In this document: positions 10,123 through 20,758 of the stretch, piece by piece
How positions within the stretch are numbered: the stretch's first letter is position 1
How the letters are laid out: every line of letters begins with the position of its first letter
DNA from: an uncultured Clostridium sp.
GTDB taxonomy: Bacteria; Bacillota; Clostridia; TANB77; CAG-508
DNA length: 64,000 nt
Direction of reading: 5' to 3'
Assembly: GCA_947364715.1 (NCBI GenBank)
Contig: CANAUI010000004.1
Location: 7,454-71,453, forward strand
Translations under genes and position numbers: made by a program
The notes under the pieces: model-generated
Databases searched by the model: none
Seen by the model: only the letters and a program-made list of their open reading frames with translations
What the model was told of the DNA's origin: nothing

Positions 10123-11031
10123 TTAATTCATTTCCACTTTTCCAATAATATCATTAATATCTTCTATATTACATTTTCTCATATATTCTTCAATTCCTTC
10201 AACTGTTTTCACACTTGTATATGGGTCTATAAAGTTACCAGCTCCTATTGAAACTGTTGTTGCACCTGCTAATAAAAACTCAATAGCATCTTCTCCTGAT
10301 ACAATTCCACCTAATCCCATAATTGGAATATTTACTGCTTGTGCTACTTGATACACCATTCTGACAGCTACTGGTTTAATAGCTGGTCCTGACAATCCCC
10401 CTGTATTATTAGCAAGAACTGGTCTTCTTTTATAAATATCAATTTTCATAGCTAATAATGTATTAATTAATGAAACAGCATCTGCTCCTCCATCTTCTAC
10501 ACCTTTTGCTATTCCTGCAATATCTGTTACATTTGGTGTTAATTTTACAATTAATGGTTTATCTAATACTTTTCTTACTTCACTAGTTACTCTTTTTACT
10601 CCTTCATAAGTATTCCCAAATGCCATACAACCTTCTTTTACATTTGGACAAGATAAATTCAACTCTACTCCATCAATGTCTAAACTATTTAATATTTTAC
10701 ATAGTTCTACATATTCATCAATTGAACTTCCACAAGCATTTACAATAATCTTTGTATCAAATTTTCTTAAATATGGTAAATCATTATTTGCAAAATATTC
10801 TACTCCTGGATTTTGAAGTCCTATACTATTTAACATACCACTTGGTGTTTCACATACTCTTGATGGTTTATTTCCACTTTTTGGTTTTAAAGAAGTTCCT
10901 TTTGTAATAATTGCTCCTAATTTTCCTAAATCAAAAAAATCAGCATATTCTCTTCCATATCCAAAAGTACCAGATGCTACAGTTACTGGATTTTTCATTT
11001 CGATTCCTGCAAAATTTACTTTTGTATTCAT
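10123..11031 (-). CDS. pyrD: Dihydroorotate dehydrogenase, catalytic subunit (type 1B)
   Basis: 302 aa with GTFGYG, GLQNPG and NLSCPN. Partnered with pyrK upstream. Confidence 0.9.
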   Translation of the reverse strand: MNTKVNFAGIEMKNPVTVASGTFGYGREYADFFDLGKLGAIITKGTSLKPKSGNKPSRVCETPSGMLNSIGLQNPGVEYFANNDLPYLRKFDTKIIVNACGSSIDEYVELCKILNSLDIDGVELNLSCPNVKEGCMAFGNTYEGVKRVTSEVRKVLDKPLIVKLTPNVTDIAGIAKGVEDGGADAVSLINTLLAMKIDIYKRRPVLANNTGGLSGPAIKPVAVRMVYQVAQAVNIPIMGLGGIVSGEDAIEFLLAGATTVSIGAGNFIDPYTSVKTVEGIEEYMRKCNIEDINDIIGKVEMN

Positions 11032-11040
11032 ATTTAATCA

Positions 11041-11107
11041 CATTCCTTTCCACAAGGCACAAACTAGGTTGGAAAAGAATTAAATTTTCAACCTCTTCAT
11101 CCCTTTC
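11041..11107 (-). promoter_or_regulatory. Family E intercistronic element (hairpin + TTTGTGCCTTG + RBS), copy E1, immediately 5' of pyrD
   Basis: mRNA sense: GGTTGAAAATTTAATTCTTTTCCAACC TAGTTTGTGCCTTGTGGAAAGGAATGTGATTAAAT ATG. Paralogs at 32981-33045 and 40768-40807. Confidence 0.55.
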
Positions 11108-11131
11108 TTATATGTTTAGATAAATAATCCT

Positions 11132-11677
11132 CTAGTTCCTTTTTTGTTTTATAAATTCTATTTGCTGTTCTAAATTTATATTTGACATTTTCTCAATAAA
11201 TTGTATGATTTTTTCTGCCTCTAAATATTTAGGTTTGTTTTCTATTTGATTCATATATTTTTCTATCTTTTCTATAACTTCTATATTGTATTTTTTAATG
11301 ATTTCTGAATTTAAACAATCATAGTCATAATAAAATGTATCTTGATTCTTTTTTGCACATTTGATTTCTTCTTTAAAATATATTCTATCAAAATAATCAT
11401 CTACTATTAAATGGATAAAATAACCTTTCCAATAATCTGTAGTTATATCTACTTTTTCATCTTCTAAAAATTTATCTAAATGAATTTCCTGATTATCTTT
11501 TGTCCAATCTCCCCAAATTCCATAATGTGTTTCATTTTTCTTAATATTTTTATTTTGTATAGATATATAATCTGGGGCAATTGAGCCTTCTATAAATTCT
11601 TCTAAATTTTTTATTTCTTTCGAATTTTTCTTTGCATATTGTTTTGCAATTGCAATATGGATTATAAACCCTGGCAT
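11132..11677 (-). CDS. Hypothetical protein inserted between pyrK and pyrD (possibly a Zn-dependent phospholipase C-like fold)
   Basis: 181-aa ORF with a good RBS. The N-terminal MPGFIIHIAIA plus later APD / H / D residues only loosely recall the Zn_dep_PLPC family. Confidence 0.5.
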   Translation of the reverse strand: MPGFIIHIAIAKQYAKKNSKEIKNLEEFIEGSIAPDYISIQNKNIKKNETHYGIWGDWTKDNQEIHLDKFLEDEKVDITTDYWKGYFIHLIVDDYFDRIYFKEEIKCAKKNQDTFYYDYDCLNSEIIKKYNIEVIEKIEKYMNQIENKPKYLEAEKIIQFIEKMSNINLEQQIEFIKQKRN

Positions 11678-11700
11678 TTTTCATCTCTTCTTTCTATTGT

Positions 11701-12492
11701 TTAGATTTCTACATCTCTGCTATTGAATACTGGTCCACCTTTGCAAACATGGAAATATTCTGGTGCATCTTTTGGACTTTTTGCTGTTTTTACTGCACAA
11801 CCTAAACATACTCCCAATCCACATCCCATTTTTTCTTCTAAAGATATTTGACATTGAATATCATTTTCTAATGCATATTTTTGAATTGCTTTTAACATAG
11901 GTAATGGTCCACAAGCATATATACAATCATATTTTTCTTTTTCCATATTTTTAATTAAATAATCAATTGCAAATCCTTCATTTTTATAGCTTCCATCATC
12001 TGTTGTAATAACTAATTTATTTGTTACTTGTTCAAATTCCTTTTCTAACATAACAAAATCTTTATTTCTAAATCCTAAATAGCAATGTACTTCTTTTTTA
12101 TTAGCTTTTGCTTCTTTAGAAAGTTCATATAATGGGAATATTCCAATTCCTCCACCTATAACTGCTATTTTATTATATTTATCTGTTTTAAATGTTCCAT
12201 ATCCTAATGGCCCTATAATATCAATTTTATCTCCAACTTCTTTTCTAGATAATATTTCTGTTCCTTTACCTTTTACTTGGAAAATGAATTCTAAAATTCC
12301 ATTTTCTCTATCTAAGTTATATATACTAATTGGTCTTCTTAAAAAAGGCTCAACTTGGTCTGTTACTCTTATTTCTATAAAATTTCCTGGTTTTGAAGCT
12401 TCCACAATTTCACTGGCATTTACACTAAATTTGTAAATTCCTTTAATTATTTCTTCTTTTTTTACCAATTCTGCTAATACTTGCTTTGCCAT
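11701..12492 (-). CDS. pyrK: Dihydroorotate dehydrogenase electron-transfer subunit
   Basis: 263 aa with RRPISI, GGGIG and a C-terminal CGxGxCxxC 2Fe-2S cluster. Confidence 0.9.
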   Translation of the reverse strand: MAKQVLAELVKKEEIIKGIYKFSVNASEIVEASKPGNFIEIRVTDQVEPFLRRPISIYNLDRENGILEFIFQVKGKGTEILSRKEVGDKIDIIGPLGYGTFKTDKYNKIAVIGGGIGIFPLYELSKEAKANKKEVHCYLGFRNKDFVMLEKEFEQVTNKLVITTDDGSYKNEGFAIDYLIKNMEKEKYDCIYACGPLPMLKAIQKYALENDIQCQISLEEKMGCGLGVCLGCAVKTAKSPKDAPEYFHVCKGGPVFNSRDVEI

Positions 12493-12546
12493 ATATTATC
12501 CCTCCTCTTCTTAATAATATTTCGTTAATTCTTATATCGAAAATTT

Positions 12547-13473
12547 CTATTTTATAGCTTGATTTAATTCATCTCTCATTCTAATAGCTTCATCCCTTGT
12601 TGCTTTTGCAAAATCTTCTTCTGAATATTTATCTTTCCATAGTTCTGATTTATATGCATACATTAATCCCCTAGAACTATTGACAATTCCACCAATCCCA
12701 TTTTCATCAAATCCTAATGCAATATCTTCGGCTTTTCCACCTTGTGCTCCATATCCTGGTATTAAGAAAAATGTATGTGATGCTATTTCTCTTAGTTCTT
12801 GTAATTGTTTTGGATATGTTGCTCCTACTACTGATGAAATACTACTATATCCATATTTTCCTCTTAAATCTTTTCCCCATTCTTCCACAAGTTTTGCAAC
12901 TTTTGTGTATACTGTTTCTCCTGTTTCTAATTTTAAATCTTGTAATTCTCCTGATGATGGGTTTGATGTTTTATCTATAATAAATGCTCCTTTTCCATAT
13001 TTTTGTGCATCTTCTATAAATGGTTTTATTCCATCAATTCCTAAGTATGGATTTAAAGTTACAAAATCTACATCATAAATACTTTCTTCTTTTTCTCCTA
13101 TTTTTGTTTTTCCTAAAAATGCATTTGAATATGCTTTTGCCGTACTACCAATATCTCCTCTTTTAATATCTGCTATAACAATCATTCCTTTTTCTTTTGC
13201 ATAATTACAAGTTTCTTCAAAAGCTTTCATTCCTTCTAATCCATACATTTCATAAAACGCAATATTAGATTTTATAGCTGGTATAATATCATATGTTGAA
13301 TCTATTAATGCTTTATTAAATTCTACAATTGCTTTTGCTACACCTTCTAAATTTTTTCCATATTTGTTTTTTATAAATTCTGGTATCATTTCATATTTTG
13401 GGTCTAAACCAATAACAGTTGGGTTATTTGTTTCTTTTATTTTATAAATTAGTCTGTCCATTGCATTTATCAT
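12547..13473 (-). CDS. pyrF: Orotidine-5'-phosphate decarboxylase (long type 2)
   Basis: 308 aa with GLDP, ADIKRGDIGST and PGYGAQGG. Confidence 0.9.
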   Translation of the reverse strand: MINAMDRLIYKIKETNNPTVIGLDPKYEMIPEFIKNKYGKNLEGVAKAIVEFNKALIDSTYDIIPAIKSNIAFYEMYGLEGMKAFEETCNYAKEKGMIVIADIKRGDIGSTAKAYSNAFLGKTKIGEKEESIYDVDFVTLNPYLGIDGIKPFIEDAQKYGKGAFIIDKTSNPSSGELQDLKLETGETVYTKVAKLVEEWGKDLRGKYGYSSISSVVGATYPKQLQELREIASHTFFLIPGYGAQGGKAEDIALGFDENGIGGIVNSSRGLMYAYKSELWKDKYSEEDFAKATRDEAIRMRDELNQAIK

Positions 13474-13525
13474 TTTAGCTCATTCCTTTCTTTCTTAATA
13501 ATTTTTCCATTATTTTTTAATCCAA

Positions 13526-14803
13526 TTAACCTTCATATACTACTTTACCATTAACTATAGTATATTTTACTTTTCCTTTTAGTGTTTTTCCTATAAATGG
13601 GCTATTTTTCGATTTAGAAACAATCATATCTTTTGTATACACATATTGTTCATTTGGGTCAAATATTGTAATATCTGCCATTTTTCCTATTTCTAAAGTT
13701 CCTCTTTCATTGTCTATATGTAATAATTTTGCTGGTTCATATGATGTAATTCTTACTAAATTTAAGTAATCAATATGTCCTGGCTCTACTAAATTCATAA
13801 TTTCTGCTGAAAGTGCTGTTTCAAATCCAATAATTCCATTTGGTGCTTTTGCTAACCCTACACTTTTTTCGTCTTCTGCATGTGGTGCATGGTCTGTAAT
13901 TATACAATCAATTGTCCCTTCTTTTAATCCTTCAATAATTGCTTGCTTGTCTTTTTCTTCTCTTAAAGGAGGATTCATTTTTGCATTTGCTCCTTCTTTT
14001 AATACTTCCTCTACTGTAAATGTAAAATAGTGTGGACAAGTTTCGCAAGTAACTTTTACTCCTCTTTTTTTGGCATCTTTTATCATATCTTTACTTGTTT
14101 TTGTACTAATATGGCAAATATGTCCTCTTACACCATTTGTTTCTGATATAACAATTTCTCTGGCTACCATGATTTCTTCTGCTTCTGGTAGTACACCTTG
14201 TACTCCTAACTTTTCTGCTACTTCTCCATTATTTATCGCACCTGCTGATACAGATTTTTCTTCACAATGTGATGCTACATATGTTCCTAATTTATCTGCT
14301 TTTATCATTGCTTCTCTCATCATTTTACTATTAACTACTGGCATACCATCATCTGAAAAAGCAATTGCTCCTGCTTTTTTTAATTCTTCAAAATCAACTA
14401 ATTCTTCTCCCTTTTCTCCCTTGCTAACAGATGCATATGGTAACACATTACATAAATTTACTTTTTTAGCTTCATTTATTATATATGTTAATGTTTCTAC
14501 ATTATCTGGTGTTGGCTTTGTGTTTGGCATAGGACATATTGTTGTAAATCCACCTGCCACTGCACTTTTCGAACCAGTTTCAATTGTTTCTTTATGTTCT
14601 CCTCCTGGCTCTCTTAAGTGACAATGTATATCTATCATACCTGGTATTATATTTAAATTAGTACAATCAATTTCTTTATCTACTTTTTCATTTATATTTT
14701 TTTCAATATTTATAATTTTATCATCTTCTATTAAGATATCATATTTATCATCTAACTTATTTTTATAATCTATTACATGTCCATTTTTTAATAATAATTT
14801 CAT
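13526..14803 (-). CDS. pyrC: Dihydroorotase
   Basis: 425 aa with DIHCHLREPG and ITDHAPH. Confidence 0.9.
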   Translation of the reverse strand: MKLLLKNGHVIDYKNKLDDKYDILIEDDKIINIEKNINEKVDKEIDCTNLNIIPGMIDIHCHLREPGGEHKETIETGSKSAVAGGFTTICPMPNTKPTPDNVETLTYIINEAKKVNLCNVLPYASVSKGEKGEELVDFEELKKAGAIAFSDDGMPVVNSKMMREAMIKADKLGTYVASHCEEKSVSAGAINNGEVAEKLGVQGVLPEAEEIMVAREIVISETNGVRGHICHISTKTSKDMIKDAKKRGVKVTCETCPHYFTFTVEEVLKEGANAKMNPPLREEKDKQAIIEGLKEGTIDCIITDHAPHAEDEKSVGLAKAPNGIIGFETALSAEIMNLVEPGHIDYLNLVRITSYEPAKLLHIDNERGTLEIGKMADITIFDPNEQYVYTKDMIVSKSKNSPFIGKTLKGKVKYTIVNGKVVYEG

Positions 14804-14897
14804 TTACAAATCTTCCTTCCATACTTTTTTTGTTTTATCTTTATGTACAAATATTTGATTTTGCTAACACATTTTTTCCTTGTTTTTATATATTTTC

Positions 14898-15335
14898 TTA
14901 TCTATTTACTTGTTCTTCACAATATTTGCATCTATATACCACATGTTGTTTATCTGTTAATTCACAAATATGTGGTAATTCTTGTTCTATTGATGTAATA
15001 CATCTTGGATTTTTACATTTTACAATATTTACTAATTCTTTTGGAAGTTCTGGATGAAATTTTTCTATAATTTTCCCATCTTTTATTTTGTTTACTGTAA
15101 TTTCTGGCTCTAAATAACCTAAAATATCTAAATTGATATCTAAATTTTCGTCAATTTTTATAATGTCTTTTTTTCCTGTTTTTTTACTTTTTGCATTTTT
15201 AATAATTGCTACTGGTGTATCTAATACTCCTAAATTTAAGTAATTATATATTTCAAAACTTTTTCCTGCTTCTATATGGTCTATTACATATCCATTTGTA
15301 ATACTATCTATATTCATCAATCTATTCCTTTCCAT
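14898..15335 (-). CDS. pyrI: Aspartate carbamoyltransferase regulatory subunit
   Basis: 145 aa with a C-terminal Zn site CxNPxCI...CxYC. Confidence 0.9.
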   Translation of the reverse strand: MERNRLMNIDSITNGYVIDHIEAGKSFEIYNYLNLGVLDTPVAIIKNAKSKKTGKKDIIKIDENLDINLDILGYLEPEITVNKIKDGKIIEKFHPELPKELVNIVKCKNPRCITSIEQELPHICELTDKQHVVYRCKYCEEQVNR

Positions 15336-15414
15336 TCCTTTTTTGTTTTTAATTTATATACTATTTTTATGTATTAATTCATTTTTCCATATCAATACAA
15401 ATATATTATATAAA

Positions 15415-16332
15415 TTATTTTTCAATATCTAATAATTTTAAAATTAATGCCATTCTAATAAACTTACCATATTTTGCTTGTTTAAAATAGCATGCTCTTG
15501 AATCATCATCTACATCTACTGATATTTCATTTACTCTTGGTAATGGATGCATTATACATAAATCTTTTTTTGCTTTTTCTAACTTTTCTTTATTTAAAAT
15601 GTAATAATCTTTTAACCTGATATAGTCATCTTCATTAAAAAATCTCTCTTTTTGTACTCTAGTCATGTATAAAATGTCTAGCTCTTCAATATGTTCCTCT
15701 ATATTATTTGTTTCTATATATTCTATATTATTTTTTTCTAATATGTCTGTTTTTATATAATCTGGTATTTTTAATTCATTTGGTGAAATTAATACGAATT
15801 TAATATTAGTATATCTTGACATTGCTGTTATTAAAGAATGAACTGTTCTTCCGAATTTTAAATCACCACAGATTCCTATTGTTAAATTAGATAATCTGTG
15901 TTTTTCGCATTGAATTGTTAATAAATCTGTTAATGTTTGTGTTGGATGACAATGACCTCCATCACCTGCATTAATAATTGGTACTTCTGCTTTCATAGAA
16001 GCAACTAAAGGTGCTCCTTCTTTTGGATGTCTCATAGCTATAATATCTGCATACCCTCCAACCATTCTTACTGTATCTGCAACACTTTCTCCTTTTGATG
16101 CTGAACTAGAATTTGCAGAAGAAAAACCTAATACATTTCCTCCTAAATCCATCATTGCTGATTCAAAACTTAATCTAGTTCTTGTACTTGGCTCATAAAA
16201 TAAAGTTGCTAATTTTTTTCCTTCACATTTTTTTGCATATTTTTCTTTGTTCTCCATAATATCTTTTGCTATATCTATAAGTCCATCAATTTCTTCAGAT
16301 GATAAATCTTTGATATCAATTAAATGTTTCAT
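15415..16332 (-). CDS. pyrB: Aspartate carbamoyltransferase catalytic subunit
   Basis: STRTR, HPTQ and HPLPR motifs. ATG at 16332 follows GAAGGGGG; the ORF-track TTG at 16347 lies inside the RBS. Confidence 0.93.
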   Translation of the reverse strand: MKHLIDIKDLSSEEIDGLIDIAKDIMENKEKYAKKCEGKKLATLFYEPSTRTRLSFESAMMDLGGNVLGFSSANSSSASKGESVADTVRMVGGYADIIAMRHPKEGAPLVASMKAEVPIINAGDGGHCHPTQTLTDLLTIQCEKHRLSNLTIGICGDLKFGRTVHSLITAMSRYTNIKFVLISPNELKIPDYIKTDILEKNNIEYIETNNIEEHIEELDILYMTRVQKERFFNEDDYIRLKDYYILNKEKLEKAKKDLCIMHPLPRVNEISVDVDDDSRACYFKQAKYGKFIRMALILKLLDIEK

Positions 16333-16361
16333 GATTTCCCCCTTCAATTTAATCTTTTTAT

Positions 16362-16390
16362 AATATACAGAAATTCCTGTTAAAAGTCAA
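16362..16390 (-). promoter_or_regulatory. Putative sigma-A promoter of the pyr operon
   Basis: Minus strand reads TTGACT-17 nt-TATATT. The leader is short and no PyrR-type attenuator is visible. Confidence 0.45.
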
Positions 16391-16455
16391 TAGAAGCTGT
16401 TAATGTTGGTTATTTCTATTCTTCATCTAAAATGTATCTTTTTATTATATTTTGT

Positions 16456-17322
16456 TTATTCATCTACAAGTATTTTATTTGTTATCTCAGCAAAATCTTT
16501 TAATGTTAATTTTTCTGCTCTAATATTTTCTTCTAAATGTAATTCTTTTAAAATTCTTATACCTTCTTCTTTAGTCATAAATACTTTCGTATTTGTTAAT
16601 GCATTTAGCAAAGTTTTTCTTCTTTGCATAAAAGCACTTTTAATAATCTTAAACATTACACTTCTACTTTTTACTTCTATTGGGGGCTCTTTCCTTAAAG
16701 TTAATTTAATTACTTTTGAAGTTACTTCTGGCTCTGGTATAAAAGAATCTTTTGGTACTTCTAATATTCCTTCAGCTGTTGCATAATAATATACTGAATA
16801 TGTAATAGCTCCTGTTTCTCTTTCTCCTGGAATTGCAATTAATCTATCTGCTACTTCTTTTTGTATCATAACAGTAATACTTTCTAATTCTAGTCTATCT
16901 TCTAATAATTTCATAATAATAGGTGTAGTTATATAATATGGTAAATTTGCTACAATTTTAACAGTTTCAAAACCATTTTTTTCTTTTTCTTCTTTTATTA
17001 TTTTATTTAATTTAATTTGTAATATATCTCCATTAATAACTTCAAAATTTTCATATAGAGAAAATCTGTCAGTTAAAATTTTTATCATTTTTTTATCTAG
17101 TTCAATACATATTACTTTTCCTGCTTTTTCTAATAATTCTTTTGTTAATGTTCCTAATCCTGGCCCAATCTCAATGACTAAATCTTTTTTTGTAATGTTA
17201 CTACTTTCTACAATTTTGTCTACTACATTTTGATTTATCAAAAAATTTTGCCCTAATGATTTATTTGCTCTAATTTTATATTTTTTCATTATAAATTGCG
17301 TTTCTTCTAAAATACTATTCAT
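16456..17322 (-). CDS. rsmA: 16S rRNA (adenine1518/1519-N6)-dimethyltransferase
   Basis: 288 aa with LGQNFL, EIGPGLGTLT and NLPYYI. Confidence 0.92.
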   Translation of the reverse strand: MNSILEETQFIMKKYKIRANKSLGQNFLINQNVVDKIVESSNITKKDLVIEIGPGLGTLTKELLEKAGKVICIELDKKMIKILTDRFSLYENFEVINGDILQIKLNKIIKEEKEKNGFETVKIVANLPYYITTPIIMKLLEDRLELESITVMIQKEVADRLIAIPGERETGAITYSVYYYATAEGILEVPKDSFIPEPEVTSKVIKLTLRKEPPIEVKSRSVMFKIIKSAFMQRRKTLLNALTNTKVFMTKEEGIRILKELHLEENIRAEKLTLKDFAEITNKILVDE

Positions 17323-17581
17323 TTTTATATCATTCCTTGTATAATAGATTTAGGTTTTAAAAGGTTACCTATAAACCTTTATATAAATTCATTATTAATT
17401 TTTATATTAATTTTTTTCTTATTTTTGTTTTTTACATTATAGTATAAATCTATGTATTTTTCAATCTTTTCCACAATTTTTATATTTATAATTTTTATTG
17501 TAAAATTTCTATGACTTTGTTGCTTTTTATATATTTTTAATATACAATATATTTGCAAATTTTAACAAAAGAGGCGAAGAT

Positions 17582-19954
17582 ATGGATACAAATAAAAAAA
17601 ATATAAAAAAGGTACAAAATACAAAAAACAGGGAAAAAAATCACTCAACTAAAACAATTAAGAAAAAAGATAAAAATACTGTAAAAATAAAAAAAGAAAA
17701 AGATTCTAATATCATTAGTTTAAACCGTAAATTTGATTCTACAAATTTTATTTACACATCAAAATTACGTAATACATTTATTGTTATTATTATAATTTTT
17801 ATTTTAATTTTAGTAAGACTTGGTTATTTACAATTTGTTGATGGTGCATATTTAACAGAAATGGCTTATCAACAACAAGCTATCAACCAAATTCTTAGTC
17901 CAAAAAGAGGAAATATTTATGACTCTACTGGAAAATCTTTAGCTATTAGTGCACAAGTAGATACAATAACCATTAATCCAGATAGGATTGTTGTTAAAGA
18001 TAGTGATGAAAAAACAAAAGCTCTAAAAGAAAAAGTTGCCAAAGGTCTTTCTGATATATTTGAATTAGATTATAATGAAACACTAAAAAAAGTAAATAGT
18101 ACATCCTCAGTAGAAACTATAATAAAAAAAGTAGAACAAGAAAAAGTAGATAAATTAAAAACTTGGATGAAAGAAAATGATATATCTGTTGGTATAAATA
18201 TAGATGAAGATACAAAGCGATATTATCCTTATGGTGAACTTGCTTCTAGTGTTATTGGTTTTTGTGGCAATGATAATCAAGGCTTGAGTGGAATTGAATG
18301 TAAATGGGATTCTGTTTTAACTGGTACTCCTGGAAAAATTGTTAGTTCCAAAGATAATATCCAAAGAGAAATTCCAAATGCCAAAGAAACTTATATCTCT
18401 GCTGAAAATGGTAGTAATATCACACTTACACTTGATGTTAATATACAATCTACCATTGAAAAATACTTAGAACAAGCTGTTGAAAAATATGATTGTAAAG
18501 ATGGTGGAAATGTCATTGTCATGAATCCACAAACTGGTGATATTTTAGGTATGGCTTGCTATCCTGATTATGATTTAAACTCACCATATACTCCAAACCC
18601 TACATTAGCTCAAACATATGATTCTTTAACTACTGAAGAAAAAAATGAAGCTTTATACAAAATGTGGTCTAATAAATCAGTTTCAGAAAGTTATGAACCA
18701 GGTTCTACTTTTAAAATTATTACATCTAGTGTAGCTTTAGAAGAAGGTATTACAATAACAGATAAAGAAGGTGATTTCTATTGTTCTGGTGCCCAAATCG
18801 TTGAAGATAGAAAGATTGATTGTTGGAGAAACTTTAATCCTCATGGTTCTCAAACTTTAAGAACTGCACTTTGTAATTCATGTAATCCTGCTTTTATCCA
18901 GTTAGCACAAAGAATTGGTGCTTCTACATTATATAAATATTATCAAGCTTTTGGATTATTTGAAAGAACAGATTCTGGATTATATGGAGAACAAATCAGT
19001 ATTTTCCATAATTTAGACCAAATTGGTCCTGTTGAACTTGCCACATATTCATTTGGTCAAAGATTCCAAGTAACACCTCTTCAAATGATAACTGCTATTT
19101 CTTGTGTTGCTAATGATGGTATTTTGATGAAACCAAATATTATTAAATCTATTACTAATACAGATACTGGTGCTATAACTGAAATACAACCCACAGAAGT
19201 TAGACAAGTAATATCACAATCAACTGCTGAAAAAGTAAAATCTATGATGGAATCTGTTGTTTTAAAAGGAACTGGACAAAATGTTCAAGTTTCTGGTTAT
19301 TCTATAGGTGGAAAATCTGGAACTTCTGAGCCTACAGAAGCAAACAAAGATAATGGTTATGTTTCATCATTTGTTGCTATTTCTCCTATTGAAGATACTC
19401 AAGTTGTTATATTACTTACTTTATATAATCCTCGAAATAAACAATATGGTTATCAAGGTGGGTCTGTTGCTGCTCCTGTTGTTTCACAAATGTTATCAGA
19501 AATATTACCATATTTAGGTGTTCCTTCAGATACAACAGAAAAGGACAATAGTTATGAAAACTTAATTACTGTTCCTGATGTTAGAAATAAAACACTTACA
19601 GAAGCAAAAAAATTACTTACTGATGCTGGATTTAATTGTGAAATTGTTTCTTCTGGAGACGAAAATTCTACATTAGTTGCAGAACAAAATCCAAAACCAG
19701 GTGCTAAATTAGCTAGTAATTCTATTATTATGCTATATGGTGAAGGTGATACTGTTGCTACCTCTGTTGAAGTTCCTGATTTATCTAATATGAATTTATC
19801 ACAAGCAACCAATACTTTAAAATCCAAAAACTTAAATATCAGTATTACTGGTTCTGGCATTGTTACTACTCAAGACTATACAGCAGGTGAACTTGTACAA
19901 GAAGGAACAATTATCAATGTAACACTAAAACCAACTTTAACAGATGCTCATTAA
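17582..19954 (+). CDS. Class B penicillin-binding protein (FtsI/SpoVD type) with two C-terminal PASTA domains and a K-rich N-terminal tail
   Basis: 790 aa with transpeptidase motifs STFK, SNS/SCN and KSGT. Two PASTA-like repeats (VPDVRNKTLTEAKKLL.., VPDLSNMNLSQATNTL..). Confidence 0.85.
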   Translation: MDTNKKNIKKVQNTKNREKNHSTKTIKKKDKNTVKIKKEKDSNIISLNRKFDSTNFIYTSKLRNTFIVIIIIFILILVRLGYLQFVDGAYLTEMAYQQQAINQILSPKRGNIYDSTGKSLAISAQVDTITINPDRIVVKDSDEKTKALKEKVAKGLSDIFELDYNETLKKVNSTSSVETIIKKVEQEKVDKLKTWMKENDISVGINIDEDTKRYYPYGELASSVIGFCGNDNQGLSGIECKWDSVLTGTPGKIVSSKDNIQREIPNAKETYISAENGSNITLTLDVNIQSTIEKYLEQAVEKYDCKDGGNVIVMNPQTGDILGMACYPDYDLNSPYTPNPTLAQTYDSLTTEEKNEALYKMWSNKSVSESYEPGSTFKIITSSVALEEGITITDKEGDFYCSGAQIVEDRKIDCWRNFNPHGSQTLRTALCNSCNPAFIQLAQRIGASTLYKYYQAFGLFERTDSGLYGEQISIFHNLDQIGPVELATYSFGQRFQVTPLQMITAISCVANDGILMKPNIIKSITNTDTGAITEIQPTEVRQVISQSTAEKVKSMMESVVLKGTGQNVQVSGYSIGGKSGTSEPTEANKDNGYVSSFVAISPIEDTQVVILLTLYNPRNKQYGYQGGSVAAPVVSQMLSEILPYLGVPSDTTEKDNSYENLITVPDVRNKTLTEAKKLLTDAGFNCEIVSSGDENSTLVAEQNPKPGAKLASNSIIMLYGEGDTVATSVEVPDLSNMNLSQATNTLKSKNLNISITGSGIVTTQDYTAGELVQEGTIINVTLKPTLTDAH

Positions 19955-19973
19955 AATTTAATAATAAATACGC

Positions 19974-20015
19974 AAAAGTACAAGCATAGTAATATCTCTA
20001 TGCTTGTACTTTTTA
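19974..20015. terminator. Bidirectional terminator shared by the PBP gene and the convergent Rpn-like gene
   Basis: 16-bp stem AAAAGTACAAGCATAG / CTATGCTTGTACTTTT with T-runs on both strands. Confidence 0.6.
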
Positions 20016-20645
20016 TTATTCCATTATCTCCTCCTTCCAATATTTTTCAAGTAACATATTTAATTTTTCTATTTTTTTACTTTCTTGAATTGCTTCTTCT
20101 ATATTTTCTCCTTTTAAATAACTCATCCATGCTTGCTTTAATGTCATACTTTTATTATTTTCAATTTTAAATTTTGGCAATTGCAAAATATGAATTTCTG
20201 GATAATCATTGATAATATTTGTTATGTTTTCTTCTTTTACTACCATTCTACTATGATAATCTAATTCTTTGTTTAATACAAAATCTAATATATTAATAGT
20301 ATTTGTCTTTGCAATTTCTATATATTCATCATATTCTAATTGATTTGTATGAATTTGTACATAATATAATAACATCTTTACTAAAACATGTTCTCCATCA
20401 ATAATTTGTATTCCTACATTTCGTTCTTCATTTTCAGTTGTTTTAATCCTTAAATCCACTATACCAAAATTTTCTTCTGCTGGTAAATATGATTTTAGCT
20501 TTTCTAAATATGGATTGATTTTTATTTCCTTTATTTCTAAATTTAACATCACTTCTATAAATTCTTTTAATATGTCTATACCATCTTCTGTATTTAATAC
20601 TTTCCTTAGTACAAGATTACTTTTTGACACAAATTTTCGATTCAT
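20016..20645 (-). CDS. Rpn/PD-(D/E)XK_2-family putative nuclease-transposase-like protein, short and possibly degenerate
   Basis: Pattern ..LRKVLNTEDGIDILKEFIEVMLN.., GIVDLRI and VGIQII where the family normally has IEMQ. No good RBS next to the ATG. Confidence 0.5.
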   Translation of the reverse strand: MNRKFVSKSNLVLRKVLNTEDGIDILKEFIEVMLNLEIKEIKINPYLEKLKSYLPAEENFGIVDLRIKTTENEERNVGIQIIDGEHVLVKMLLYYVQIHTNQLEYDEYIEIAKTNTINILDFVLNKELDYHSRMVVKEENITNIINDYPEIHILQLPKFKIENNKSMTLKQAWMSYLKGENIEEAIQESKKIEKLNMLLEKYWKEEIME

Positions 20646-20758
20646 ATATTGTTTTTAGTGCACTAAATTTAACCTCCTTTTATATTTCTTTGGAAATTTA
20701 TTAATAATTATATCAAACTTGTTATTTTAATATAATAATTTATACATATTTTTCACAA

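Noticed and set aside
11050-11075. GGCAC..GGTTGG in the E elements as a sigma-54 -24/-12 promoter
   Set aside because: It lies on the strand opposite to all neighbouring genes. The -12 element does not match TTGC, and the spacing differs between copies.
16333-16455. PyrR-binding attenuator upstream of pyrB
   Set aside because: The predicted promoter leaves only a very short leader. No anti-terminator/terminator alternative hairpins are visible, and no pyrR gene is in the window.
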